The position numbers and the translations under genes were made by a program. 64,000 bases of DNA from Malacoraja senta (taxonomy: Eukaryota), in assembly GCA_038087875.1 (NCBI GenBank), contig CM075977.1, positions 111,228,001 to 111,292,000 on the forward strand, given 5' to 3'. Each line of letters begins with the position of its first letter. The first letter of the stretch is position 1. This document shows, piece by piece, positions 12,281 to 22,810 of the stretch. The notes under the pieces were generated by a model, which ran no database searches, had not been told where the DNA came from, and saw only the letters and a list, made by a program, of their open reading frames with translations.

Positions 12281-12670
12281 GGAAAGATAGGAGTCCCAAC
12301 AATGCAAGGGAACGATGTGTTCCTGAGGAACTATTTACTGGCAGTGTCCCAATCTCTTGCAGAACTAAAAATTAAAGGATTGCTGGCCCAGAGCCCACCA
12401 CTGGACTTCCCGATTCACTCAGTCAAGGCTGGAGGCTGGGTATTAATAAAAACGTGGAAAGAAGAAAAGCTGCAACCTAAGTGGACTGGACCCTACCTGG
12501 TGTTACTGACCACGGAAACAGCAGTGCGGACAAAAGAAAAAGGGTGGACACACGCAAGTCGAGTTAAGGGTCCTGTGGAGGCCCCACCAGACAAAATCAG
12601 CCCGTGGACTGTGCGCAAAGGAGAGGAACAATTGACTTTAATATTTACCAAGAACCCGTGGGAAAAATGA
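12281..12670 (+). pseudogene. pol: ERV pol remnant: integrase C-terminal (GPY/F) region
   Basis: WVLIKTWKEEKLQPKWTGPYLVLLTTETAVRTKEKGWTHASRVK; the TGA stop overlaps the env ATG (ATGA at 12667-12670). Confidence 0.9.
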
Positions 12671-14177
12671 AGATTTCGTGTTGGTGGGTCGTGTGTTGGG
12701 TGGTTATCCAACTCGTGAGTAATATAACATGTATAAAAATCACAATACCACAGAATAGAAGGTCCACCACCCCATTTGATGTATGTAAAGGAAAATGGTG
12801 GTGTGGCTATAGAATGTATGTATGCACCCATCCCTGTAAAGATTGGCACGCGGTGTTTACTTCATCAAGATATGGGTGGCATCGAACCACCTATCAAACT
12901 GATAGGTGGAAAGTATATCAAAACCCGAATGAGGGATTGCCAGGACGCGTATATGTAAGCATACAGAGTGTTCAAATGCAGGAAAGTGGTAGGTATTGGA
13001 TATGTGCAGATATAACAGGGAGAATGAGTCTAAGGATTTGAAGATAATGATAGTAGCAGGAGAAACAGAATTAAGGCAATTATATGAGGAGGGAATACCT
13101 ACAGGAGGAAAGGGAGCCAACACCTGGCTTGCCTGGATGATGTACACGGCCAGGAGTATGCAACACACCAATTGCTACGCCTGCGCCGGAGCTAAGCCTC
13201 AGCTGGTTCCAGTACCATTTCCCTTGAATTGGGATAGGACACCTGGGGCTATGCCATGTATACTACAGCTATTCACGAATCCCATCCCACCAAAGGATGC
13301 GACCTGCCAGAGTTATCATTACCTATTCCCGGCTAGCAACAACAATACAAAGGGCCGAAGGACAGACCCTCGACCTCCTCCATTTAGCACTCCCCTTGGG
13401 GAGGAGGGATTTGAGTGCTATACCAGATATAACCCAGATGGACAGGAAATGGGGGAGGTACTCAACTGCAATCAGACGTATAACATAACGGCTGAGGAAC
13501 AGGGGCCACTGTTCAAAAGCTCCTGGCTGAGAAAGCAGATAGTCAGCAGAGCTGATGTCTGGTGGTGGTGCAGGGAGAATACCCTGTGGCCCCGGTTACC
13601 GGGGTCATGGACGGGAACCTGTACCCTCACACAACTGATGATGCCCTTCACCATAGCAGTAGAACATGCTGTAGAACTCAATGAAGGAAGCCGACGACAA
13701 AAGAGAGGGGTGAAAGGATCATTCGACACACACATATATATAGATGTGATAGGGGTGCCAAGAGGGGTACCCGATGAATTCAAAGCCAGAAACCAGATAG
13801 CTGCGGGCTTTGAGTCCATACTCTTCTGGTGGTCCACAATTAATAAAAATGTGGACTGGATCAACTACCTATACTACAATCAACAACGCTTTATAAATTA
13901 CACTCGAGATGCGGTTGAAGGATTAGCGGAACAACTGACAGATACCAGCCTAATGGCCTGGCAAAATCGCATGGCCTTAGACATGCTACTGGCTGAGAAG
14001 GGAGGGGTGTGTGTAATGTTTGGGGAACAATGTTGCACCTTCATCCCCAACAACACTGCTCCTGATGGGTCAGTGTCGAGAGCCCTAGCAGGTCTCACCT
14101 CCCTGTCTATCGAATGAGAGGAAGATAGGGAGGCGAAGATTCTGCTGTTAGCATTAGAAAAGGGGGAGATAGTATAA
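12667..14177 (+). pseudogene. env: ERV env (gamma-type): frameshift near 13000-13040, TM anchor missing
   Basis: Signal peptide MKISCWWVVCWVVIQLVSNITC; CXXC CYAC 13173-13184; furin site RRQKR 13692-13706; ISD WQNRMALDMLLAEKGG from 13959; CX6CC 14010-14036; stop at 14117, then a tail-like remnant to 14177. Confidence 0.92.
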
Positions 14178-14213
14178 ATCAAAGGTTGCTTAGCAAAAAG
14201 TAAAAGTGTGGAT

Positions 14214-14761
14214 TGTGAGGAAGGGGTTAATAGGTATAGTTGATTTATACTAAGAACCCTTTGTATAGTAGAAAGAAGATGTGTTCATCATCACGAACAC
14301 CAGACACACGGATAGATAATAGCCGTGAGTACAAATGGTGACATTTCAAGGATGGGAAAAAAGGAGATAGCAACAGCCCAGCAAAGAACTAGGGTAAGGG
14401 TCATGAGCAACTCTCTGTGCGCATGGGCAATGAACTTACATGAATATGTACACACACCCATCATGACAAGATGTCTCATTTAAATGCACATGCGATGTAT
14501 GATCTGGGAGGTACCCTGGGCGTTGCGGGGCGTTACGGTTAGATTGGGCACCTCAGTGCTCTGATTGGAAGGAGCCCGAAGGGGAGGAATTAAAGGTGTA
14601 AACCATTGTAAAATGGTGTGAATAAAAGAGAGTGAATTTTCTGGTCTCGGTGTGTCTTGATAGGGGAGACACCCGACTCTGCAGACTTGCTAATCAATAA
14701 ACTTGTTTCTCTAAATTCTCTGGCATCGTGATTGTGAGCAATCAGTTTTTTGCACCTCACA
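14214..14761 (+). repeat. 3' LTR (548 bp, complete)
   Basis: TG...CA with 7-bp inverted ends; preceded by purine-rich AAAAAGTAAAAGTGTGGAT. Confidence 0.95.
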
Positions 14762-14766
14762 GTGGG

Positions 14767-14935
14767 GATGTCTGAAGAAGGGTCCCGATCCAAAACATCA
14801 CCTATCCATATTCTCCAGAGATGCTGCCTGACCCGCTGAGTTACTCCAGCACTCTGTGAAACGTCACCTATCCATGTTCTCCACAGATGCTGCCTGACCC
14901 GCTGAGTTACTCCAGCACTTTGTGTTCTTTTATTG
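14767..14935 (+). mobile_element. Penelope-terminus-derived short element with 66-bp internal dimer
   Basis: CTGAAGAAGGGTCCCGATCC followed by two units of period 66 (14821 vs 14887). Flanked by an imperfect ~20-bp duplication GTCAATGGT(T)GGGGA(T)GTCTG. Confidence 0.75.
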
Positions 14936-15624
14936 TCAATGGTTGGGGAGTCTGGCCTGTGTGATGGACTGGACTACATTTACAACTCTGCAGTTGATTG
15001 CAATCTAGGGCAGAGCAGTATCCAAACCAAATTGTGATGCAACCCAACGGTATGCTTTCCACCATAGAATTTTGTAAGAGCTAGCCAGCAATATGATGAC
15101 TCACTGTACACTCTAACTATTTATTTTGATTTAACTTCATGGATAACCAGAAGAGAGAATGAATGTACCCCTGCAGCTCCAATAGCAACAATGACGTGAA
15201 GTGGACAAAAAATGCTGGAGTAACTCAGCGGGTGAGGCAGCATCTATGGAGAGAAGGAATAGGTGACGTTTTGGGTCGAGACCCTCACCTGCTGAGTTTC
15301 TCCAGCATTTTTTGTCTACCTTTGATTTTACCAGCATTTTCTTTCTACCAGCAGTTCTTTCTTAAACATGATGTGATGTGAACATGTTTGAGAGACCTTT
15401 GGAACCAGGAAGGAAGTTGGACCGTCATGCACTACGCATTAACATCAGCAGGTGGCGCAGTGTGCGTGTTTCTAGAGGCTCTGAACAAGGGGTCCTGATT
15501 GGAAACTGCCTAGTCATCTCCCCCAAAGATGCTGCCTGACCTGCTCAGCTACTCCAGCACTTTGCGTCTTTTCTTGCTCTGGTGAGAGGTTGGGCTGCAC
15601 TTACTGCAAATGCACAATTATGAA

Positions 15625-15905
15625 CGTTAGACTTTTGAGATACAGCATGGAAACAGGCCCTTCAGCCGACCAGCGACTATCCTACACACTGGGGACAATT
15701 TATAATTTTACCAAACCCACGAAACTTGCACACCAAAGCAGAACATCTTTGGAGTGTGGGAAGAAACCGAGGCACCCGGAGAAAACCCACGTGGTCACAG
15801 GGAGAACGTGCAAACTCTGTACGGACAGCCCCCGTAGTCAGGATCAAACCCGGGTCTCTAGTGCTGTGAGACAGCAACTCTACCGCTGCACCACCGTGCC
15901 GCCCA
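15625..15905 (-). mobile_element. HE1-like V-SINE
   Basis: A/B boxes, V-domain and tail on the minus strand. Confidence 0.85.
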
Positions 15906-16189
15906 AGTGGTAGTGGCAAACAGGAGCGTAAGCCAGAGCTGTTAAAAGCAGCCACAATGCTATTATAAAATGAACATTGTAGCCGAGGAAAAACCTCTCC
16001 AATTGTTATCAGAAACAGGTCTTCCCAACAAGCATCAGGCAATTGAACACTACAAAACAGCAATAAACTTTGAACTATGAGCAGTCTTGGTTGCACTTGG
16101 GACATCAGGCTTTTGTTTTGCACAATATTGAGATTTTCTATATTTCAACTTCTTGTTTGTTTCTTATGCTATCAAATTAGAGGAACAGC

Positions 16190-16570
16190 ATCTCATATTT
16201 CGCTTGGACAGCTTACAGCCCAGTGGTATGCCTTTTGATCTGTCTAACTTCAAGTAACCCCGGCATTCCCTCTCTCCCTCCCATCCCCACCCAAGTCGCA
16301 CCAGCTTCTCATTTTCATCCAACAAACAGCTAACAATGATCAGTTTCCTTTATCATCGTTACTTTTATGCATATCTTTCATTCATTGTTCTTTATCTCTC
16401 TATATTATCGTCTATATCTCTTATTTCCCTTTCCCATGACTAGTCTGAAGAAGGGTCTCGACCTGAAACGTCATCCGTTCCTCCTCTCCAGAGATGCTGC
16501 CTGTCCCGCTGGATTACTTTAGCTTTTTAAACTTCGGGTTAAACCAGCATCTGCAGTTCCTTCCTACACT
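16190..16570 (+). mobile_element. Penelope-like element extreme 3' end
   Basis: GAGGAACAGCATCTCATATTTCGCTTGG (EEQHLIFRLG) followed by the UTR and terminal repeat. Confidence 0.8.
16445..16472 (+). ncRNA. Minimal type I hammerhead ribozyme core motif (activity unknown)
   Basis: CTGAAGA-A-GGGT-CTCG-ACCT-GAAA-CGTC: conserved core, stem II, palindromic ACGT stem III and GUC triplet. Stem I pairing is weak. Confidence 0.55.
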
Positions 16571-17484
16571 ATCTATTGACTATTGCATTTACAAAACCGC
16601 TGTGCTACTGCGAGTATGAATTTAATTTTTCTGCTTATCTACATATGAAAATTAAACACTCCTGAATCTAAAAGTGCAGATTCCTTCCGGATAAATGAGC
16701 TAAGATGTGCCATCCTCTGTCTCCCCTTTTTCACTTTAAAGTAATAGTTGTCTCAGCTCCTTATTGCCATGAACTGATACACATTTATTTATCTCTCAGC
16801 ATAGGACCTGATGTCCCAGTTAAGGAATGGTCCCGGCCTGAAACGTCATCTGTCCATTGCCTCTACAGATTCAGCCTGACCCGCTGAGACAGTCAGTCAG
16901 CGCTTTGTGCTTTGCTCAAGATTCCAGCACCTGCTGTTACTCGTATCTCTGATTTTTCCAGCTATTAAAACCTCAGTGAATTTCAAGTCATAGAAACATC
17001 CACCTCTATGCAGGTACTATTGCAACGTTTAAGAAACTTTTACACAGGTACATGGAGACAGGTTTAGAGGGTTAAGCGGCCAAACGCAGGCAGGTGGGAC
17101 TAGTGCATATGGGACATGTTGGTTGGTGTGGGCAAGTTGGGCTGAAAGGCCTATTTTCCACGCTGAAGATAAGACACAAAAAGCTGGAGTAACTCAGCGG
17201 GTCAGGCAGCATCTCGAGAAAGTAAGTGCGTTTCGGGTCAAGACCTTTCTTCAGATCCACGACGTATGACTCTTGTGACCACGGAAACAGGCCCACTGAA
17301 TCGGCATAAAGTACCCATTTACACTAATCCTACACTGATCCCATCTTCTGGAAACAAGGAACTGCAGATGCAGGTTTACACAAAAGGACATAATGTGCTG
17401 GAGTAACTCAACAGGTCAGGCAGCATCTCTGGAGAACATGGATTGGAACGTGCCTGACAAAGGGTCTCTTCCTGAAACATCATC

Positions 17485-17612
17485 AATCCATGTTCTCGAG
17501 AGGTGCTGCCTGACCCGCTGAGTTACTCCAGCACTCTGTGAAACGTCACCTATCCATGTTCTCCACAGATGCTGCCTGACCCGCTGAGTTACTCCAGCAC
17601 TCTGTGTCCTTC
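17485..17612 (+). repeat. 66-bp tandem dimer of Penelope-derived unit
   Basis: Same CTCTGT|GAAACGTCACCTA junction as at 14857 and 41597. Confidence 0.85.
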
Positions 17613-17807
17613 TGATCCCATCTTATTAGCCTCACATTTGTATCAACTGTCAGATTCTACCCCTCACCCACAAAACGGGGCATTTTACAGTGGCCAATTA
17701 ACCTACCAATCCACACATCTTTCAGTTGAAGGAGGAAACTAGAGCATCGGGGGAAACCTACACAATCACAGGGAGAACGTGCAAACTCCACACAGATGCC
17801 CAGCAGC

Positions 17808-18039
17808 TGCACTACCCACTGTCTGTACAACCCTAAACTTTCATGGACGTATAAAATAAAGATCGCATTAGTGGAAGAAACAACTTAAAAGGTTAAGGCT
17901 TGTCTCAACTAAAACAGAGATTAAGGTGTCCATTCCTCACTATTCACTGCGGGAATTCTGTCCCTTTGTAAAATGGCTGCTGTGTCCCTCAACAACTTTG
18001 CATGGGAGGTTTAACAACAGACCTTTAAAAATGCAAGTC
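17808..18039 (+). repeat. 232-bp direct repeat, copy 1
   Basis: Identical to 18555-18786 except at 2 positions. Confidence 0.95.
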
Positions 18040-18231
18040 GCTCTTCCCTGCTCTCCTCCCCAACTCACCACCTTCTGACATTGATTGAAAGATACAGTAT
18101 GGAAATGGACCACCGAGACCGCGCCGACCATCGATCACTCGTTCACACTAATTCTATGTTATCCCAATTTCTCCTCCACTCCCAACACACTGGGGGCAAT
18201 TTACAGAGGCCAAACCCGCATGTTTAGTTAA

Positions 18232-18510
18232 GAGATAAAGTGCAGAAACAGGCATTTCGGCCCACCGAATCCGCACCAACCAATGATTACCCGTACACTA
18301 GTTCTATCCAATACACAAGAGACAATTTACAGAGGCCACTGAACCTGCAAACCCGCATGTGTTTGGGATGTGGGAGGAAACTGGAGCACCTGGAGGAAAC
18401 CCACGCGGTCATAGGGAGAACGTACAAACTCCACACACAGACAGCGCTCGAGGTCAGGATTGAACCTGGTCTCTGGTGCTGTGAGCCAGTGATTCTACCA
18501 GCTGCGTCAC
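18232..18510 (-). mobile_element. HE1-like V-SINE
   Basis: Tail, V-domain and B-box GGTTCAATCC on the minus strand. Confidence 0.8.
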
Positions 18511-18554
18511 TGTGTTGTACTAATCTCAGCAAGAATGGGACAATGTGTGTCATT

Positions 18555-18786
18555 TGCACTACCCACTGTCTGTACAACCCTAAACTTTCATGGACGTATA
18601 AAATAAAGATCGCATTAGTGGAAGAAACAACTTAACAGGTTAAGGCTTGTCTCAACTAAAACAGAGATTAAGGTGTCCATTCCTCACTATTCACTGCGGG
18701 AATTCTGTCCCTTTGTAAAATGGCTGCTGCGTCCCTCAACAACTTTGCATGGGAGGTTTAACAACAGACCTTTAAAAATGCAAGTC
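18555..18786 (+). repeat. 232-bp direct repeat, copy 2
   Basis: See 17808-18039. Confidence 0.95.
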
Positions 18787-19379
18787 TGTTTTTGTCTGGC
18801 CTGCCATTTCCTCTTTTAGATTAGTTTATTGTCAATTGTATGCATGATAAAGGGAATAACGTTGAGTGCAAGATAAAGCCTACTAAGCCCGATTAAAGAT
18901 AGTCCGAAGATCTTCAATGAGGTAAATAGTGGCTTAGGACTGCTCTCCAGTTGTTGATAGGATTGACGGGAATCAGTCTTGACGGAAAGTAGTCATACTG
19001 AAGGCCAGTTGCTGCAAAGGTGATGTGAATAATTTATGTGCCAGCACATATAATTTGAATGCTCCATGTACAATGGCTACGCCTCAATAATCGCTTTTAA
19101 AAAACAGGGAACCTACACAAAGGTAGTACTGAATGCTGAGAAAGGCCTTCACTTGCCACACACAGTCCCCTTCTGAATAATTCACAGCTTGTGGAGCCCA
19201 GTCACAGACTGATCATTCAAAATTCATGCAGCAGCAGAGTGAGTGATCGGGGAAAACAGGTTCTTTGTCAAATGGTGGTAAGTGTTACATCTGGGGAAAT
19301 GGCGCATGTTCCACTCAGATCACGAGTGAAAGTTCGACCTGGAGTATGTCTCAGCCCATAGTGTCTGACCAAACGCTTA

Positions 19380-19625
19380 GCGGTGGCACAGTAGGGCAGC
19401 AGTAGAGCTGCTGCCTCACGGCGCCAGAGACCAGGGTTCAATCCTGACCTAAGCTGCTGTCTGTGGAGTTTGCAGGTTCTCCATGTGACTGCGTGTGTTT
19501 CCTCCGGGTGCTTTGGTCTCCTCCCACATTCCAAAGACGTGCAGGTTTGTGGGTTAATTGTATAAATTGTCACAGACTAGGTGGGCTGAAGTACCTGATT
19601 CCACGCTGTGCCTCTAAACCAAACT
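19380..19625 (+). mobile_element. V-SINE with internal deletion
   Basis: GGTGGCACAGTAGGGCAGCAGTAGAG, GGGTTCAATCC and V-domain. Confidence 0.8.
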
Positions 19626-19627
19626 TC

Positions 19628-20043
19628 TTAGGCCCCCTTCGGTCGTGGATGACCATGGGTGTCTCCAGGGTGCTATTCCTTATATGGAGGACGCCAGTAC
19701 GTGACTTTGTTTAACGTGGGGAGACTGCTGCACAGACAGCCACCCCACGGTCCTTGACAGATCTGGGTCAGGATCCAGTGGCTTGGTGTCCAAGATGACT
19801 GGAGACCCTTTTCTGCTGCAGCCTTCATCCGCCTTCCCAGCCGTTGTGACGCTCCACTAAGGTCAGACATCATTCTCCGCCTGTTCCACCGTTGAGGTCT
19901 TGGTTGGATTGCTTTGTCAGAGACCTCCCCCTCGACCTTACCGCCAAGGGTGGCCCTACCAGGAGCGTAGATAGCTCCAGACGGCATCGTTCTCAGGATC
20001 CCAGGTCCACACAAGCTTCTCCATCACGACAAGGTGACAATCC
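19628..20043 (-). mobile_element. Short non-autonomous RTE derivative (RTE 5' end joined to RTE-type 3' end)
   Basis: Minus strand starts GGATTGTCACCTTGTCGTGATGGAGAAGCTTG...AGGGCCACCCTTGGCGGTAAGGTC...CTGACAAA, resembling BovB/Bov-A/Expander 5' ends as recalled. It ends CGACCGAAGGGGGCCTAAGAAG. Confidence 0.55.
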
Positions 20044-20184
20044 ACTAAACTAAACTTGCAGAAAAGGTGCAGTATGGCTTCAGTCGACAGCATGGAACCT
20101 TTTACAACAATCCAATTCCTGATATTTCAGAACATAATCTAGCTGACTCCGAGATGCTTATGTTTTTTTATAATTTAGAAATAC

Positions 20185-20450
20185 AGAATGGAAATAGGCT
20201 CTTCGGTCCACGCCAATTTTCAATCACCCATTCAATCTAGTTCTAAGTTATCCCAGTATCTCATCCACTCCCTACACACTATGGAGAAGTTATGGATTTG
20301 GGATGTGGGAAGAAACCAGAGTATCCCGAGAAAATCCACGCGGTCTGAGGGAGAACGTGCAAACTTCACACAGACAGCACCCGAGGTCAGGATCGAATCC
20401 AGGTCTCTGGCGCTGTGAGGCAGCAGCTCTACCAGCTGCGCCTCTGTGTA
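20185..20450 (-). mobile_element. HE1-like V-SINE
   Basis: B-box GATTCGATCC and V-domain on the minus strand. Confidence 0.8.
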
Positions 20451-20589
20451 ATGAAACAGTACTGGACTTTATGGCTGGGACCAAAGAGATTTCAAACCGT
20501 AATGAGTAATGGTATTAGTTTCTTCACGGAAAGCTTGTTCAGTTTGTACAGCAAGCCGCGCCTTGCAGCAGTCAACCTTGTTTAATTCT

Positions 20590-20840
20590 CACAGCGCCAG
20601 AGACTGGGTTCGATCCTGAATACAGGTGCAGTCTGTATGGAGTTTGTACATTCTCCCTGTGACCATGTGGGTTTTCTCCGGGTGCTCCGGTTTCCTCCCA
20701 CATTCCAAAGACATACAGGTTTGTAGGTTAATTGGCTTCTGTAAATTGTCCCCATGGTGCTAGTGTACACATGATCGCTGGTCAGCGCGGACTCGGTGGG
20801 CCAATGGGCCTGTTTCCACGCTGTACCTCCATAGTAAAGT
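20590..20840 (+). mobile_element. HE1-like V-SINE, 5'-clipped
   Basis: GGGTTCGATCCTGA, V-domain and tail GGGCCTGTTTCCACGCTGTA. Confidence 0.8.
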
Positions 20841-21679
20841 AAAGCTGCACAGGGCAGGGTTGCCTGGGCATGAAGTGGGATTGCTCAACACTCACGCGTG
20901 CCGAAACAGATCCCAATAAATCAACAATGTTATTTCCCAAAAGGAATGCTTATTAAAAACTGGCTGAAGGGAGCTCGAGCTGAAAGAGGCACAATGGTCA
21001 TTTATACAGAATGGGCAATCGAAGTTGCCAACTTTTCCCCCTTTCCACAGCCCAGAATAATGCTCCGGGTCAAATCCAGAGAAAGGATACACGAGCAAGC
21101 CTGTGTGCAATAAAAATCCACTAAATGACACCGACACACAATGACAACTCCCTTCTGCAACCCCCCCTCCCTCCCCAACCCCCACATGGTGTCTGTTAGC
21201 ACCCTCATCTAGATGGCATAGCTTTAAGGTGAGCGAAGCAAAGGTTAAACAAGATGTGTGGGGCATTTTATTTTTACACAGAGCGGTGGGTGCCTGGAAT
21301 GTGCTGCTAGGGGTGGGAGTGGAGGCAGACACGACAATGGCATTTAAGAGGCTCTTAGAAAGAACCATGATTATGGAGGAAAATGGATCACAGACAGGCA
21401 AATTAGATTATCTTGACATGCTCAGCACAGATATTGTGGGCTGAAGGGCCTTTGCCTGTGTGGTACTGCTCAGGAAGCACCTTAACTTAATTCACTATTA
21501 TCCTGAGGATGAGATCTTATCAAGGACTATTCATATTTCAATCATCCCCTCTTCCCTCCTCTCCTATCATGGAAAGGATATGAAAGCTTCAAACACAGAC
21601 CATCAGATTCAAGAACAGCTGCCTCCCCGCTTGTTATAACACCCTTGAACAGACCTGTCATAATCTTAGTGTGTAAGAA

Positions 21680-21860
21680 AGAACTGCAGATGCTGGTTTA
21701 AATCGAAGATAGACACAAAATGTTGGAGTAACTCAGCGGGTGAGGCAGCATCTGGGCGACATTTCGGGTCGAGACCCTTCTTCAGTCCCAAAACATCGCC
21801 CATTCCTTCTCTCCAGAGATGCTGCCTCACCCGCTGAGTTACTCCAGCATTTTGTCTCAT
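21680..21860. repeat. Fold-back Penelope-terminus repeat
   Basis: Arms of about 42 bp (21714-21756 and 21817-21858) are near-perfect reverse complements around a hammerhead-like core on the minus strand. Confidence 0.8.
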
Positions 21861-22339
21861 AAGCTTAGGTTGTATTCCTGATGTTCCAATCAACCTAATT
21901 GCAGCCCTTGCACTTTTTTTATCTGCACTTTCTCTTTAGCTGTAACACTATATTCGGCTCTACCTTTACTTCCTTTTTGCACTAGCTGATGTATTCATCT
22001 ATGGTAAGAAAGCTCACAAAAACATTATTTTTTTCACTGTGTACACATGCCAATAATAAATCAATAACCAATAACTCTCAGGTGATTGAACAATAACATC
22101 ATAATGCTGAGTTACTCCAGCATTTTGTGTCTAACTTCATAATACTACTGGATGAAGATCAGTAAATCTCTTCCTGACTACTTGCTCACTGCTTATCATT
22201 CAAGCAATAAAACGTGTTCATGCCTATTTCCTTCGCTTCATAGATGCTGCCTCACCCGCTGAGTTTCTCCAGCATTTTTGTCTACCTTAGATTTTCCAGC
22301 ATCTGCAGTTCCTTCTTAAAAACTTGTTCATTCGTTGGA

Positions 22340-22810
22340 CATTTGCAAATTGGAGGAGCAGCACCTCATATTTCGCTTGGGCAGCTTATGATTGGGCAGC
22401 GGTATGATTCTTGATTTCTCCAGCTTCAAGTAACCATTGCATTTCCTCTCTCTCCGTCCCTCCCCCACCCTAGTCATCCGACTAGTTTCACTGTCCTCCT
22501 GCTTAGTTTCACCGTTTGTATCACTTGTTATCACCTTCTACACAGCCAACAATGAACCATTGTGGGCTCCACCTGTCCCTGATCATATGGCTGGCTTTGA
22601 TTTATTCTTTTCATACACTTCATTCATTTGTTCTTTACACCTTTTCATATCTCCAGTTCCCCTCTCCCCTGACTCTCAATCTGAAGAAGGGCCTCGACCT
22701 GAAACGTCACTCATTCCTTCTCTCCAGAGATGTTGCCTGAACCGCTGAGTTACTCCAGCTTTTTGTGTCTATCTTCAGTGTAAACCAGCGTCTGCAGTTC
22801 CTTCCTACTC
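22340..22810 (+). mobile_element. Penelope-like element 3' end
   Basis: CAAATTGGAGGAGCAGCACCTCATATTTCGCTTGGGCAGC plus UTR and CTGAAGAAGGGCCTCGACCTGAAACGTC. Confidence 0.8.

Larger units (their letters stand above)
10088..14761 (+). mobile_element. Defective endogenous retrovirus (class I, gamma/epsilon-type env)
   Basis: TGTGAGG...CCTCACA termini; GTGGG duplicated at 10083-10087 and 14762-14766; integrase C-terminus plus env between two LTRs. Confidence 0.93.

Noticed and set aside
12128-12670. 180-aa ORF as a novel fusion protein
   Set aside because: It is a chance in-frame join of a decayed CR1 fragment and the ERV integrase tail, with a non-ATG start and no promoter or splice evidence.
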